A stretch of 64,000 bases of DNA from Candidatus Multivoradales bacterium (GTDB lineage Bacteria > Acidobacteriota > Thermoanaerobaculia > Multivoradales > Multivoraceae). Location: NCBI GenBank assembly GCA_965223325.1, contig CBDCWI010000002.1:3776001-3840000 (forward strand). Reading direction: 5' to 3'. The notes beneath the pieces were generated by a model, which was not told the origin of the DNA, ran no database searches, and saw nothing but the letters and a program-made list of their open reading frames with translations. The first letter of the stretch is position 1. Every line of letters starts with the position of its first letter. This document shows, one piece after another, positions 10,515-19,797 of the stretch. The position numbers and the translations under genes are program-made.

Positions 10515-11755
10515 CAACGAGCGCCCGAGAGACCTTAGCCGTCAACGGTAGCGGTCTGACCGCAGTCGCGATGAGCGGTGGGTTGGATTCCTCGGTGGTG
10601 GCGTGGTTGCTGGCGCAGCAAGGAGACGCACCGCTGGTTGGCCTGTCGATGTTGCTCTGGGACCAAAGCGAGAAGCCGCGGACCGAGACGTCGAACGGCG
10701 GTTCTGGGCGGTGTTGCGGAGCGCTCGATCTCGGCGACGCCAGGCGGGTGGCCGCCCAGGTTGGCATCCCCCACTACACCTTGCGTATGGATGAGGACTT
10801 CCGGCGCACGGTGGTCGACCCTTTCGTTGACGACTACCTGGCAGGCCGGACCCCGAGCCCCTGCGTGCGCTGCAATACCTTTGTGAAGTTCGATGCGCTG
10901 ATCGAGCGCGCTGCCGACCTCGGCGCCGAGCGCCTGGCCACCGGTCACTATGCACGTATTCTGGAGGGGCGCGAAGGTCTCGAGCTCCATCAGGCGAGCT
11001 TCGTCGACAAGGACCAGAGCTACTACCTTTTCGAGCTCGACCAGCGAACCCTGGAACGCACCCTGTTTCCACTCGGTGCCCTCGAGAAGGACGCCGTGCG
11101 TCAGATGGCGGCCCTCGCCGGTCTGGCGGTTGCCGGTAAGGGCGAAAGCATGGAGGTGTGCTTCGTGGACTCCGGGATTCGCGATTTCGTCGAGGTCGAA
11201 GCATCCCGGCGCGGCATCGAGGACCAACGACTCGGGTCGCCGGCCGAGATTCGCACTTCAGACGGCGAGTTGATCGGCCGAGGGCAGCCGTTCTATCGCT
11301 ACACGGTCGGTCAGCGTCGCGGGCTCGGGATCGGTGGCGGAAAGCGCCTCTACGTTCTGTCGATCGATCCGCCCACGAACCAGGTCACGGTAGGAGAGCG
11401 CGGCGAACTGGCCGCTTCAGGCCTCGAGGGCCGCGGCCTGCATTGGATTGGAGAGGCGCCGGCCGGGGAATCCGAGGTCACGGTGCGCATTCGATCGCGC
11501 CACGCTGGTGTCACGGCGCGCGTCCGGCCGCGCCCCGACGGCCGGGCCCTGGTGCTCTTTGATGAGCCGCAACATGGCGTGGCGCCCGGCCAGGCGGCCG
11601 TTTTCTACGATGGCACGCGAGTTCTCGGCGGCTGTTGGATCGATCGTTCAACTCCTGTCGAGAAGACGACTCTGGTGGATCTCGGCGGGAAGGTGGCCGG
11701 GCATGACAAAGTTGTGGGTGAGGCGGGGGGAGGGATGCCATATGACTGTGACTGA
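10511..11755 (+). CDS. mnmA: tRNA 2-thiouridine synthase MnmA
   Basis: AMSGGLDSS, TPSPCVRCN, ATGHYAR, KDQSYYL, YTVGQRRGL, APGQAAVFY. Confidence 0.95.
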   Translation: MTTSARETLAVNGSGLTAVAMSGGLDSSVVAWLLAQQGDAPLVGLSMLLWDQSEKPRTETSNGGSGRCCGALDLGDARRVAAQVGIPHYTLRMDEDFRRTVVDPFVDDYLAGRTPSPCVRCNTFVKFDALIERAADLGAERLATGHYARILEGREGLELHQASFVDKDQSYYLFELDQRTLERTLFPLGALEKDAVRQMAALAGLAVAGKGESMEVCFVDSGIRDFVEVEASRRGIEDQRLGSPAEIRTSDGELIGRGQPFYRYTVGQRRGLGIGGGKRLYVLSIDPPTNQVTVGERGELAASGLEGRGLHWIGEAPAGESEVTVRIRSRHAGVTARVRPRPDGRALVLFDEPQHGVAPGQAAVFYDGTRVLGGCWIDRSTPVEKTTLVDLGGKVAGHDKVVGEAGGGMPYDCD

Positions 11756-12374
11756 AACAAGACGCCGTGACCCGGTGTCCACCCGTGCTTCGATCCTCGA
11801 GGGAGCGGAGCGCCTGTTCGTCGAGAAGGGGTTCGCTGCAACGTCGATGAGTGACATCGCACTCGCGGCAGGAGTGACCAAGAGCCTCATCCACCACCAC
11901 TTCGGCTCCAAGCAGGAGCTGTGGAAAGAGATCAAGCGCACTCGGCTGGCCGAATGGGTCGAAGCACAGAACGACATCGTGTCGTCAAAAGACGCTTCGG
12001 GCGATCTCGTGTTGAAGCGGGCGATTCAGTCCTACTTCACCTTCCTGCGCGAGAACCCCGACGTGGTGCGGTTGATCTCCTGGATGACCCTTGAAGATCC
12101 GTCCTTCTCGGAGTTGGTTCACCCCGAGTTGCTCGACCGGGGTGTCGAGCGGCTGCGCCAGGATCAAAAGGCGGGAACGCTGCGCTCGGACGTCGACGCC
12201 AAGCACATTCTGTCGATGTTCGTTTCGCTGTCGGTGCACTGGTTCATGGGTCGCAACACCCTCGGGAGCAAGCGCCTTCTTGGCGATGCCGATCCGGACT
12301 ACGACGCCGACAGCGCCTACCTCGAAGACATGACAACGGTCTTCTTGGACGGCCTGCGACCTCGTGGCGGCTGA
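11742..12374 (+). CDS. TetR/AcrR family transcriptional regulator
   Basis: LFVEKGFAATSMSDIALAAGVTKSLIHHHFGSK HTH. Confidence 0.9.
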   Translation: MTVTETRRRDPVSTRASILEGAERLFVEKGFAATSMSDIALAAGVTKSLIHHHFGSKQELWKEIKRTRLAEWVEAQNDIVSSKDASGDLVLKRAIQSYFTFLRENPDVVRLISWMTLEDPSFSELVHPELLDRGVERLRQDQKAGTLRSDVDAKHILSMFVSLSVHWFMGRNTLGSKRLLGDADPDYDADSAYLEDMTTVFLDGLRPRGG

Positions 12375-12389
12375 GAGACCACCAGTCTA

Positions 12390-12824
12390 GTGAGCGATGA
12401 CCGGGCGCTGGTGCTCGAGCGCCTGGCGGGTGTGTTTGGTGTACTGCGTTTGCCTCCGGGTTCGCTCGGAGTGGAGCGCAGGGCCGAACTGGGCGCCCTT
12501 TCAGAAGCGTTCTTTTCGCTGACTCAGACCGCCGAAGAAGCTTCTGTCGTGGCATCCATGTCTGCTTTGTCCGCCTGCTGTGAGGGCCTCGCCGACGGCG
12601 AGTGCGAACTGGAGAGCGACTTCGTTCTCTACCGAGTGGCCGGGACCCTCGACTTTTCTCTCACCGGCATCTTGTCCCGGCTTCTGGATCCGCTTGCCGA
12701 AGAACGCATCTCGGTCTTCGCGCTTTCGACCTACGACACCGACTGGATCATGGTGCCGGTGGCGCGCGCTAACGACGCCGAAGCCGCCTGGAGCAGGGCT
12801 TCGTTTCAGGTCGCCGCGTCCTAG
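12390..12824 (+). CDS. ACT-domain protein (CASTOR/ACT_7-like)
   Basis: LDFSLTGILS...ISVFALSTYDTDWIMV. Confidence 0.85.
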   Translation: MSDDRALVLERLAGVFGVLRLPPGSLGVERRAELGALSEAFFSLTQTAEEASVVASMSALSACCEGLADGECELESDFVLYRVAGTLDFSLTGILSRLLDPLAEERISVFALSTYDTDWIMVPVARANDAEAAWSRASFQVAAS

Positions 12825-13544
12825 CTAAGGGTCCCTTGCGGCCCGCAGGTCGATGACCAGGACGATCTCGCCACGGATGCGGTCGCGCTCTTCGAGAGCG
12901 CTCTGGATCTCCGAGAGGGGGCCGCGCAGAATCTCCTCGTGAAGTTTCGTCATCTCTCGACAAAGCGCAGCCGGCCGGTCGCCGAGTTCGTCGATGGCGC
13001 TTTGGAGAGAGGCCACGATCCGGTGCGGTGACTCGTAGACCACGACCGTATGTGCGAGTTCCCTGGCATGCCGATAGAACGTTCTTCGCTTCCCTCCTTT
13101 GGGTGGTGGAAAGCCCAGGAAGGTGAAAGGAAGCGGAGGCAGTCCCGACAGAGTCAGTGCCGTCACAACCGCCGAGGGCCCGGGCACCGCTGTGACCTGA
13201 AGGTCTTCAGCGATTGCCTGACGGACGAGAAAGAAGCCCGGATCAGAGACCAACGGTGTCCCTGCATCGCTGGTGAGGGCGACCCGGTCGCCGGCGCGCA
13301 GCGCGGCGAGAACCTGTTCGGTACGGGCACGTTCGTTGTGCTCATGGAGCGACAGAAGAGGGCGCTTGATCTCGAGTTGCGCGAGCAGGCGGCCAGTGTG
13401 CCGGGTGTCTTCACACAGGACCAGATCGGCGGCCCGGAATGCATCGCGGGCGCGATCCGAAAGGTCGCCGAGGTTGCCGATGGGCGTCGAGACGAGAATG
13501 AGTTGACCGGACATCTTTCCTGATCGTAGCCGAGCATTCGGCAT
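12825..13544 (-). CDS. rsmI: 16S rRNA C1402 2'-O-methyltransferase RsmI
   Basis: VSTPIGNLGD, CEDTR, SDAGTPLVSDPG, YESPHR, REMTKLHEE. Confidence 0.95.
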   Translation of the reverse strand: MPNARLRSGKMSGQLILVSTPIGNLGDLSDRARDAFRAADLVLCEDTRHTGRLLAQLEIKRPLLSLHEHNERARTEQVLAALRAGDRVALTSDAGTPLVSDPGFFLVRQAIAEDLQVTAVPGPSAVVTALTLSGLPPLPFTFLGFPPPKGGKRRTFYRHARELAHTVVVYESPHRIVASLQSAIDELGDRPAALCREMTKLHEEILRGPLSEIQSALEERDRIRGEIVLVIDLRAARDP

Positions 13545-13578
13545 TCTGAGACTGCCAGCCGATGTAGCCTAAAGCGTC

Positions 13579-14316
13579 ATGTATAGAGCCCCGTTCCTCC
13601 GATCAACAACCCATCTTGCACCGCTTCGTGCCTTGTGCTCACTCGCGTCGGCGGTTCTCGTGATCGGTTGGTGCCCTCACCTGTCAGCCCAGTCGACCCT
13701 GGTGGACCGTACCGTGGCGATTGTCGACGAAGATCCGATTCTGCGCTCCGAGGTGCAAGAGGCCATCATTCTCGGCCTGGTCGAAGCCGCCCCTGACGAG
13801 TCACCAGCGGCGCTCGAGCGCCGTACTCTCGACCAGTTGATCGAGCAGCGCTTGCGCTTGCACGAGGTCGACCGGTTCGAGACTCGTGAGCCTGGGGCGC
13901 TCGAGCTCGACGAGCAGCTGGCGGAGATCAGCGACGCGGTCGGTGGCGAGGCCGCACTCGCGCTCCGCCTCGAGGAGGCGGGGCTCGAGCTCTGGGAGCT
14001 CCGCCAGATCATCGCGCTTCAGCTACGCGTCCTGCGCTTCGTCGAGGAGCGGCTTTCGCCACGCGTCTTCGTCGACCTCGATGACATTCGCGCCTACTAC
14101 GACACGACGCTGGTGCCCGATCTCGAAGCGCGCGCGATCGAAGTGCCGCCGCTCGAGCGCATTCGCGAGGAGATCAGAGCCCTTCTGCAGGAGCAACGGC
14201 TCAACGAGGAGATCGACCGCTGGACCGAAGAGCTGCGCGCCGAAGCCGATGTCATCGACCTTTTCGATCGGCCGCCTGGCAATCCGCTGCCGCGAGTCGA
14301 ACGCTTCGATGGCTGA
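13579..14316 (+). CDS. SurA N-terminal-domain-like periplasmic chaperone
   Basis: Signal peptide then VDRTVAIVDEDPILRSEV...LDQLIEQRL; C-terminal WTEELRAEADV. Confidence 0.7.
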   Translation: MYRAPFLRSTTHLAPLRALCSLASAVLVIGWCPHLSAQSTLVDRTVAIVDEDPILRSEVQEAIILGLVEAAPDESPAALERRTLDQLIEQRLRLHEVDRFETREPGALELDEQLAEISDAVGGEAALALRLEEAGLELWELRQIIALQLRVLRFVEERLSPRVFVDLDDIRAYYDTTLVPDLEARAIEVPPLERIREEIRALLQEQRLNEEIDRWTEELRAEADVIDLFDRPPGNPLPRVERFDG

Positions 14317-14334
14317 GCAGGCGAACGAAGAGCT

Positions 14335-16665
14335 CTAGCGCGCCCCGGTAAGGCGAGCGACCTGGGGTTCTGCGGCTGGATCCTCGTTTGCTTCGCCGGC
14401 AGTGCCGTAGATATCTCGATACTGCGCCTGGCCGGAGAGCACCTTCACCAGGTAGTTGCGGGTTTCACGGAAGGTGACCTTGGTGAAGAACTCGGCCGGG
14501 TCGAGTGTGTAGCAGTAGCTCTGCCAGAGCTCGGCTTGAGCCTCGCCAGCGTTGTACGCCGCGACGACCTGGTGCTCGCGGCGGCCGTAGCGTTCGAGCA
14601 GCTCACCCAGATAGGCGGCGCCGAATCGGATGGCCACCTCTGGGCTCTCGAGCTCCCCGGGCTTGAACTCCTTCTGCCCCATGTTGCCAGCGATGCGGGC
14701 CGCGGTTGGGTAGACGAACTGCGTCAGGCCGCGCGCCGCGACTGCCGAAACCGCCTTGGGGTCAAAACGGCTCTCCTGACGAATGATTGCCGCGAGCAGG
14801 AAATGGTCGACTCCCGCGTTCCGACTCTCCTCGGTGAGGTGCTCGCTGTAGGCGAAGGGGTAGAGGGCGCGCCGGTAGCCATCCGGCAGCATCCACTCGG
14901 GTACCGCCTTTGGCTTGCGCTTGTGGAGCACCTCAGAAAGCAGAAGGCCGCGCCGGACCCGGCCGCTGGCGATGAGTCTCTGACTGGCAGAGAGTGCGAG
15001 GGCGTGACGTGCGATCGGGAAGTGCCGCCGCACCACTGCCGCTCCTTCTTCCCAAACTCCAAGCGCCAGGAGCTGTTCTTCGGGTGACGAGAGGCTGCTC
15101 TGCCAAAGCGGCCACTCGGCCACTGGCACGGGCGCCAGGTCGAGGAAGTCAGCGGCGCGTGCGTCGCGGCGCAGGAGAACTTCGAGCCCGCCGCGGGCGC
15201 GCTGGCTATCGCGACTCTCCGCGTCGAACAACAAAGCCGCCCTGGTCAAGTCGCTGGTGGTCGTGCCCCCGGCGCGGCGCTTGGCGTAACGCTCGGCCGC
15301 CTCGGGCAGTCGAGACTCGGAGTCGTCGACCTCAGCCCGCTTCAGGCGCCCCATGACGCTTTGAGATAGCGGGTGGAAGACATCGCGTTCGATGAGTGCT
15401 GCGAAGTGTTCAACCGCTTGATCGGGCCGCCCAAGGAGCTCGAGACGGCGGCCTCTCCAGTAGTCGACCTCGAAGACGGTCGAAGTGCTCGAGCGGCTAG
15501 CGTGGTCGAGCCAGGCCGGTGCGCGGTCCGTTCGCCCGCGCACCAGGTCCGAGGCGGCCAGAAACATCGCGGCGCGGGCGCTCTCGTAGCGCCAGCCCCG
15601 CCTTGAACGCAGGCGGTCGAAGTGGGCCTGGGCGGTCACCTCGTCACCCTTGCGCCAGTGCAGTCGCATGGCACCGATCAACGCAGCGCCGGCGTAGTTT
15701 CCAGTTGGTTGGGCGCCGTAGGCAGCCTCAAAGGCTTGCGCTGCACGTGTCCAGCTCCCCATCAATTCGAGCGAGCGGGCCATCTGGTAGAGCGATTGGG
15801 CCTTCTCGCCGGCACTCGCCACCCGCTCAGAGAGCCCTCCGAAACTCTCCGCAGCCGTGCTGAACCGACCCTGCCAGAAGTCGCTGCGGGCGAGCCGGTA
15901 GCTGTTGTCGTAGTGGCGACCGGTGAGGGTCGACGGGTAGCCACTTGCGGCAACACTCAGGTACTTCGATGCGCGCTCGAACTCGCGATGGTGGTGGAAG
16001 GTGCGACCGATTCGGGTGGTCATGGCGATGTCTTCGTTGTCGCTCAGACCATCGAGGCGGATGGCTGCTTCGCGGGCCGGGAGGTCGTCGACCTTTTCCT
16101 GCAACAGGCGCCGGAATCGACTGATCGCCTTCTCCGTCTCGCCGCTCCTGAGGTCGCAGTCGCCGCGCGCTAGCTCGAGGGCGCGGCGGGCGCTGGTTGG
16201 AAGTCGGCTGTTGGAAATGCCGGCCAGAAGGCGGCAGTCGCCACCCTGGTCAAGGGTGCGCACCAGAACTGCGGTCGCCTCGTCGGCCAGACTACGGGGC
16301 GGTCCTTCCGCCAGAACGGTCGCAATGACCCCGGCGGCGACTTCGGGATGCCCGAGGGCTTCCTGAGCGCGGGCGATGCGCAGTCGCGACCAGTCTTCGA
16401 GGCTCGGCTTGCTCGAGACGGCGAGCGCAAAAGACGCCGACGCCTCGCGATGCCGGCCGAGCTTTGCCAGCAGGTGGCCCCGTAGGTAGTCGAGACCCAG
16501 GCGCGCGGCGGCTTCTTCGTCGCCACTGCGCAGGGCATCTGTGGCGGCCAGTGCACCCTCGTAGTCACCGGCGATCTGCATCTCGACCAGCGGGATGCGG
16601 TCGTCGGACGCGAGGGCCAGGTTGGCGACGAGCCCGCTGACTGCGAGGCTGAGAATGGCCTTCAC
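14335..16665 (-). CDS. Soluble lytic transglycosylase with TPR-like repeats
   Basis: AIIRQESRF, ARGLTQF, AAYNAG, ETRNY; start uncertain (GTG 16665 chosen). Confidence 0.85.
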   Translation of the reverse strand: MKAILSLAVSGLVANLALASDDRIPLVEMQIAGDYEGALAATDALRSGDEEAAARLGLDYLRGHLLAKLGRHREASASFALAVSSKPSLEDWSRLRIARAQEALGHPEVAAGVIATVLAEGPPRSLADEATAVLVRTLDQGGDCRLLAGISNSRLPTSARRALELARGDCDLRSGETEKAISRFRRLLQEKVDDLPAREAAIRLDGLSDNEDIAMTTRIGRTFHHHREFERASKYLSVAASGYPSTLTGRHYDNSYRLARSDFWQGRFSTAAESFGGLSERVASAGEKAQSLYQMARSLELMGSWTRAAQAFEAAYGAQPTGNYAGAALIGAMRLHWRKGDEVTAQAHFDRLRSRRGWRYESARAAMFLAASDLVRGRTDRAPAWLDHASRSSTSTVFEVDYWRGRRLELLGRPDQAVEHFAALIERDVFHPLSQSVMGRLKRAEVDDSESRLPEAAERYAKRRAGGTTTSDLTRAALLFDAESRDSQRARGGLEVLLRRDARAADFLDLAPVPVAEWPLWQSSLSSPEEQLLALGVWEEGAAVVRRHFPIARHALALSASQRLIASGRVRRGLLLSEVLHKRKPKAVPEWMLPDGYRRALYPFAYSEHLTEESRNAGVDHFLLAAIIRQESRFDPKAVSAVAARGLTQFVYPTAARIAGNMGQKEFKPGELESPEVAIRFGAAYLGELLERYGRREHQVVAAYNAGEAQAELWQSYCYTLDPAEFFTKVTFRETRNYLVKVLSGQAQYRDIYGTAGEANEDPAAEPQVARLTGAR

Positions 16666-16867
16666 GAGGCTGTCCTGTAGGCAAAGTGGCGCGCACATCC
16701 GTGCGCGAAGTGTCGATTTGGCCGGGGAGGCATGGAGAGAGGTTCGAGGCGCGAGCGGCTGGCCCTGGCGGTGCGTGATGCAGGCTGGGTGCGGTTGCGG
16801 CCGGGTGGGCCAGTGGCCGGCTCGAGAGCGGAATCGAGGTGCAAGACGGGTTCCAATGTGGTGTGCT

Positions 16868-17767
16868 CTAGCCGGGAGTCTCGAGGTGGACCACGCGTGG
16901 ACGGCTGGCCAGGTCGGCGATGACGGCCTGGACCCGGGCTCCAGCGTCTCTTGCGAGGTCAGTAACCAACTGTGCGCGTCGCGAATCGATCTCGAACAGA
17001 ACCGGGGTCCCGCGACGTTGGCCTCGCAGGGCGCCCTGCCCATTGAGCAGTCGGCGATACACCGAGAGTGCGCGACCGTCACGCGGGAAGAGGGCCAGCG
17101 CTGGCTCCCACTCCGTCACCTCGATCGACATGACGGTCTTGTCCTCGTGATCGAGGTAGGGCGGGTTGGCGGTGACTAGATCGAAATCGCCGTCGATGGC
17201 CTGCATCAGATCCGAAGCCAGAACATGGACGTTCTGGAGTCGATGCCGCTGAATGTTCTGCCGTGCGACTGCCAGCGCTGCGGGTGAGATGTCGCTGGCG
17301 TATACCGTCCAACCCGGTCGCTCGCTGGCGAGAGCGATGGCGACGCAGCCGCTGCCGGTACACAGATCGAGCACCCGCCCGTCAGGCGGGATGTCGAGTG
17401 CCAGGGCGGTTTCGACCAGGTGTTCCGTTTCCGGTCGCGGCACCAGGACCCGATCGTCGACGTAGAAATCGAGCCCCCAGAACTCACGTTCCTCGAAGAG
17501 ATAGGCCACCGGTTCACCCGCCAGGCGCCTGCGGATCAGGTCATCGAAGGCGCGTTCGTCGGGGGGCGACACACGTCGCTCGGGGTAGGCGAGAACCGTT
17601 GCTTCTGATGTGTCCAGGACCCGTGAGAGCAACAAGCCGGCTTCGCGGCGTGCGATTTCGAACGGAGCACCGTCGAGTTGATCTCGGGCGCTCTCGAGCA
17701 GCCCGCCGACCGACTGCTGGCCTGGCGTCGGGAGGTTCAGCGCTCCATGGCAAGGCGAAGAAGACAT
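16868..17767 (-). CDS. prmC: Release factor glutamine methyltransferase PrmC
   Basis: GEPVAYL, VLVPRPETE, LDLCTGSG, NPPY; directly downstream of prfA. Confidence 0.95.
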   Translation of the reverse strand: MSSSPCHGALNLPTPGQQSVGGLLESARDQLDGAPFEIARREAGLLLSRVLDTSEATVLAYPERRVSPPDERAFDDLIRRRLAGEPVAYLFEEREFWGLDFYVDDRVLVPRPETEHLVETALALDIPPDGRVLDLCTGSGCVAIALASERPGWTVYASDISPAALAVARQNIQRHRLQNVHVLASDLMQAIDGDFDLVTANPPYLDHEDKTVMSIEVTEWEPALALFPRDGRALSVYRRLLNGQGALRGQRRGTPVLFEIDSRRAQLVTDLARDAGARVQAVIADLASRPRVVHLETPG

Positions 17768-17778
17768 TGCGTCGAGCC

Positions 17779-18858
17779 TCAGCCGGCAGCGGCTGCCTCC
17801 TGCATCAGTTCGGCCTGGTAGTGCGCGGTGAGTGGTTCGATCACCGGGTCGAGGTCACCTTGCAATACGTCTGGGAGGCGATGGAGCGTCAAGCCGATGC
17901 GGTGGTCGGTGACGCGGTTCTCTCGAAAGTTGTAGGTGCGGATCTTTTCCGAGCGATCGCCGGAGCCAATCATTGCGCGGCGCGCGTCACTCTGTTCGGA
18001 GTGTGCCTTGGCCAACTCGATTTCGAGAATGCGACTCTTGAGAACGCGAAGCGCCTTCGCCTTGTTCTTGATCTGGCTGCGTTCGTCCTGGCACTGGACG
18101 ACCAGTCCGGTTGGCAGATGAGTCAGGCGCACCGCCGAGTAGGTCGTGTTGACGCCCTGCCCGCCGGGCCCTGAGGCGCAGTAGGTATCGACTCGCAGAT
18201 CTTTCTCGTCGACTTCGACCTCGACGTCTTCGGCCTCTGGCATGACCGCGACCGTGACAGCGGAAGTGTGAATGCGCCCTGAGGCTTCGGTCTCGGGAAC
18301 CCTTTGCACACGATGGACGCCGCCTTCGTACTTGAGCCGGCTGTAGGCGCCGCGTCCCTCGACGATGGCCGAGACTTCCTTGACTCCGCCAACGTCGCTT
18401 TCCGACAGGTCGAGGACATCGATCTTCCAGCCCTGCGCCTCGGCATAGCGGCAGTACATACGAAAGAGTTCGCCGGCAAAAAGGCTCGCTTCGTCGCCGC
18501 CAGTTCCGGCACGGATCTCGAGCACGACGTTGCGCTTGTCGTTGGGATCCTTGGGAGTCAGCTCTCTCTGCAGAGCCTCTTCGAGTTCGGTGATACGCGC
18601 CTCGAGGGCCTCCTTTTCGGCGGTCGCCTCCTGCCACAGCTCATCGTCGCGGCCGAGATCTTCGAGGATCTCGGAAGTACCGTTACGCTCTTCGGTGACC
18701 CGGCGCAGTTCCCGGTAGAGCTCGACCGCCGGCGTGATCTCAGCCAGCGCCTGATTGGTCTCTTTGTACACGCGCGGATCTGCCAGCACCTCGGGGTCGG
18801 CGAGGCGATGCATCAAGTCGTCGTGAGTGCGCTCAAGGCGCTCGAGTTGCTCGCTCAT
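17779..18858 (-). CDS. prfA: Peptide chain release factor 1
   Basis: EIRAGTGGDEA, GVHRVQRVPETE, GGQ motif, SEKIRTYN. Confidence 0.97.
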   Translation of the reverse strand: MSEQLERLERTHDDLMHRLADPEVLADPRVYKETNQALAEITPAVELYRELRRVTEERNGTSEILEDLGRDDELWQEATAEKEALEARITELEEALQRELTPKDPNDKRNVVLEIRAGTGGDEASLFAGELFRMYCRYAEAQGWKIDVLDLSESDVGGVKEVSAIVEGRGAYSRLKYEGGVHRVQRVPETEASGRIHTSAVTVAVMPEAEDVEVEVDEKDLRVDTYCASGPGGQGVNTTYSAVRLTHLPTGLVVQCQDERSQIKNKAKALRVLKSRILEIELAKAHSEQSDARRAMIGSGDRSEKIRTYNFRENRVTDHRIGLTLHRLPDVLQGDLDPVIEPLTAHYQAELMQEAAAAG

Positions 18859-18939
18859 GAGAGATCAGTCCCTGGGGGTGTGGCGCACCGGTCCGGTGCG
18901 TCGGACCGACGATTCTATCGCCTCGGCGGCCGGGGAGAG

Positions 18940-19797
18940 AGAGCACCGCGCTACCCATCATCCATCGCCGTACAGCGGCCGTGTTCTCAGATCGATCGGT
19001 TTCCTGAATCGGGGAGGTCCCCGTTCGAGGTCAGGCAGAGGCGCGCGGGGGTCCTTGGCCGTCCCTGGAGGCCCGGTCAGGGCGAGGGCTCGAGCATTCG
19101 GCCCGCGCATTGAATCGCTTGCGCCGGTCCCCCACCGGGGGAGAAAGGGGGGAGAAGACGAGTAGCCGAAGCCGTGGTAACGACGTATTGAAAACGCGAG
19201 ATCGAGCCCCCAGAGCACCGCGCTACCCATCATCCATCGCCCTACAGCGGCCGTGTTCTCAGATCGATCGGTTTCCTGAATCGGGGAGGTCCCCGTCCGA
19301 GGTCAGGCAGAGGCGCGCGGGGGTCCTTGGCCGTCCCTGGAGGCCCGGTCAGGGCGAGGGCTCGAGCATTCGGCCCGCGCCTTGAATCGCTTGCGCCGGT
19401 CCCCCACCGGGGGAGAAAGGGGGGAGAAGACGAGTAGCCGAAGCCGTGGTAACGACGTATTGAAAACGCGAGATCGAGCCCCCAGAGCACCGCGCTACCC
19501 ATCATCCATCGCCCTACAGCGGCCGTGTTCTCAGATCGATCGGTTTCCTGAATCGGGGAGGTCCCCGTTCGAGGTCAGGCAGAGGCGCGCGGGGGTCCTT
19601 GGCCGTCCCTGGAGGCCCGGTCAGGGCGAGGGCTCGAGCATTCGGCCCGCGCCTTGAATCGCTTGCGCCGGTCCCCCACCGGGGGAGAAAGGGGGGAGAA
19701 GACGAGTAGCCGAAGCCGTGGTAACGACCTATTGAAAACGCGAGATCGAGCCCCCAGAGCACCGCGCTACCCATCATCCATCGCCCTACAGCGGCCG
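18940..19797. repeat. 272-bp tandem repeat, 3 full copies plus a 42-bp partial copy
   Basis: AGAGCACCGCGCTACCC recurs at 18940, 19212, 19484 and 19756; units differ by only a few SNPs. Confidence 0.95.

Noticed and set aside
16666-17082. Long N-terminal extensions in the ORF track (slt to 17082, moeA to 55688, TetR from 11448, intI from 31123)
   Set aside because: They overlap neighbouring genes or are low-complexity; downstream starts fit family length and signal peptides.
18940-19797. Repeated 81-91 aa ORFs or a CRISPR in the 272-bp array
   Set aside because: Units are near-identical with no unique spacers; the ORFs are by-products of the repeat.
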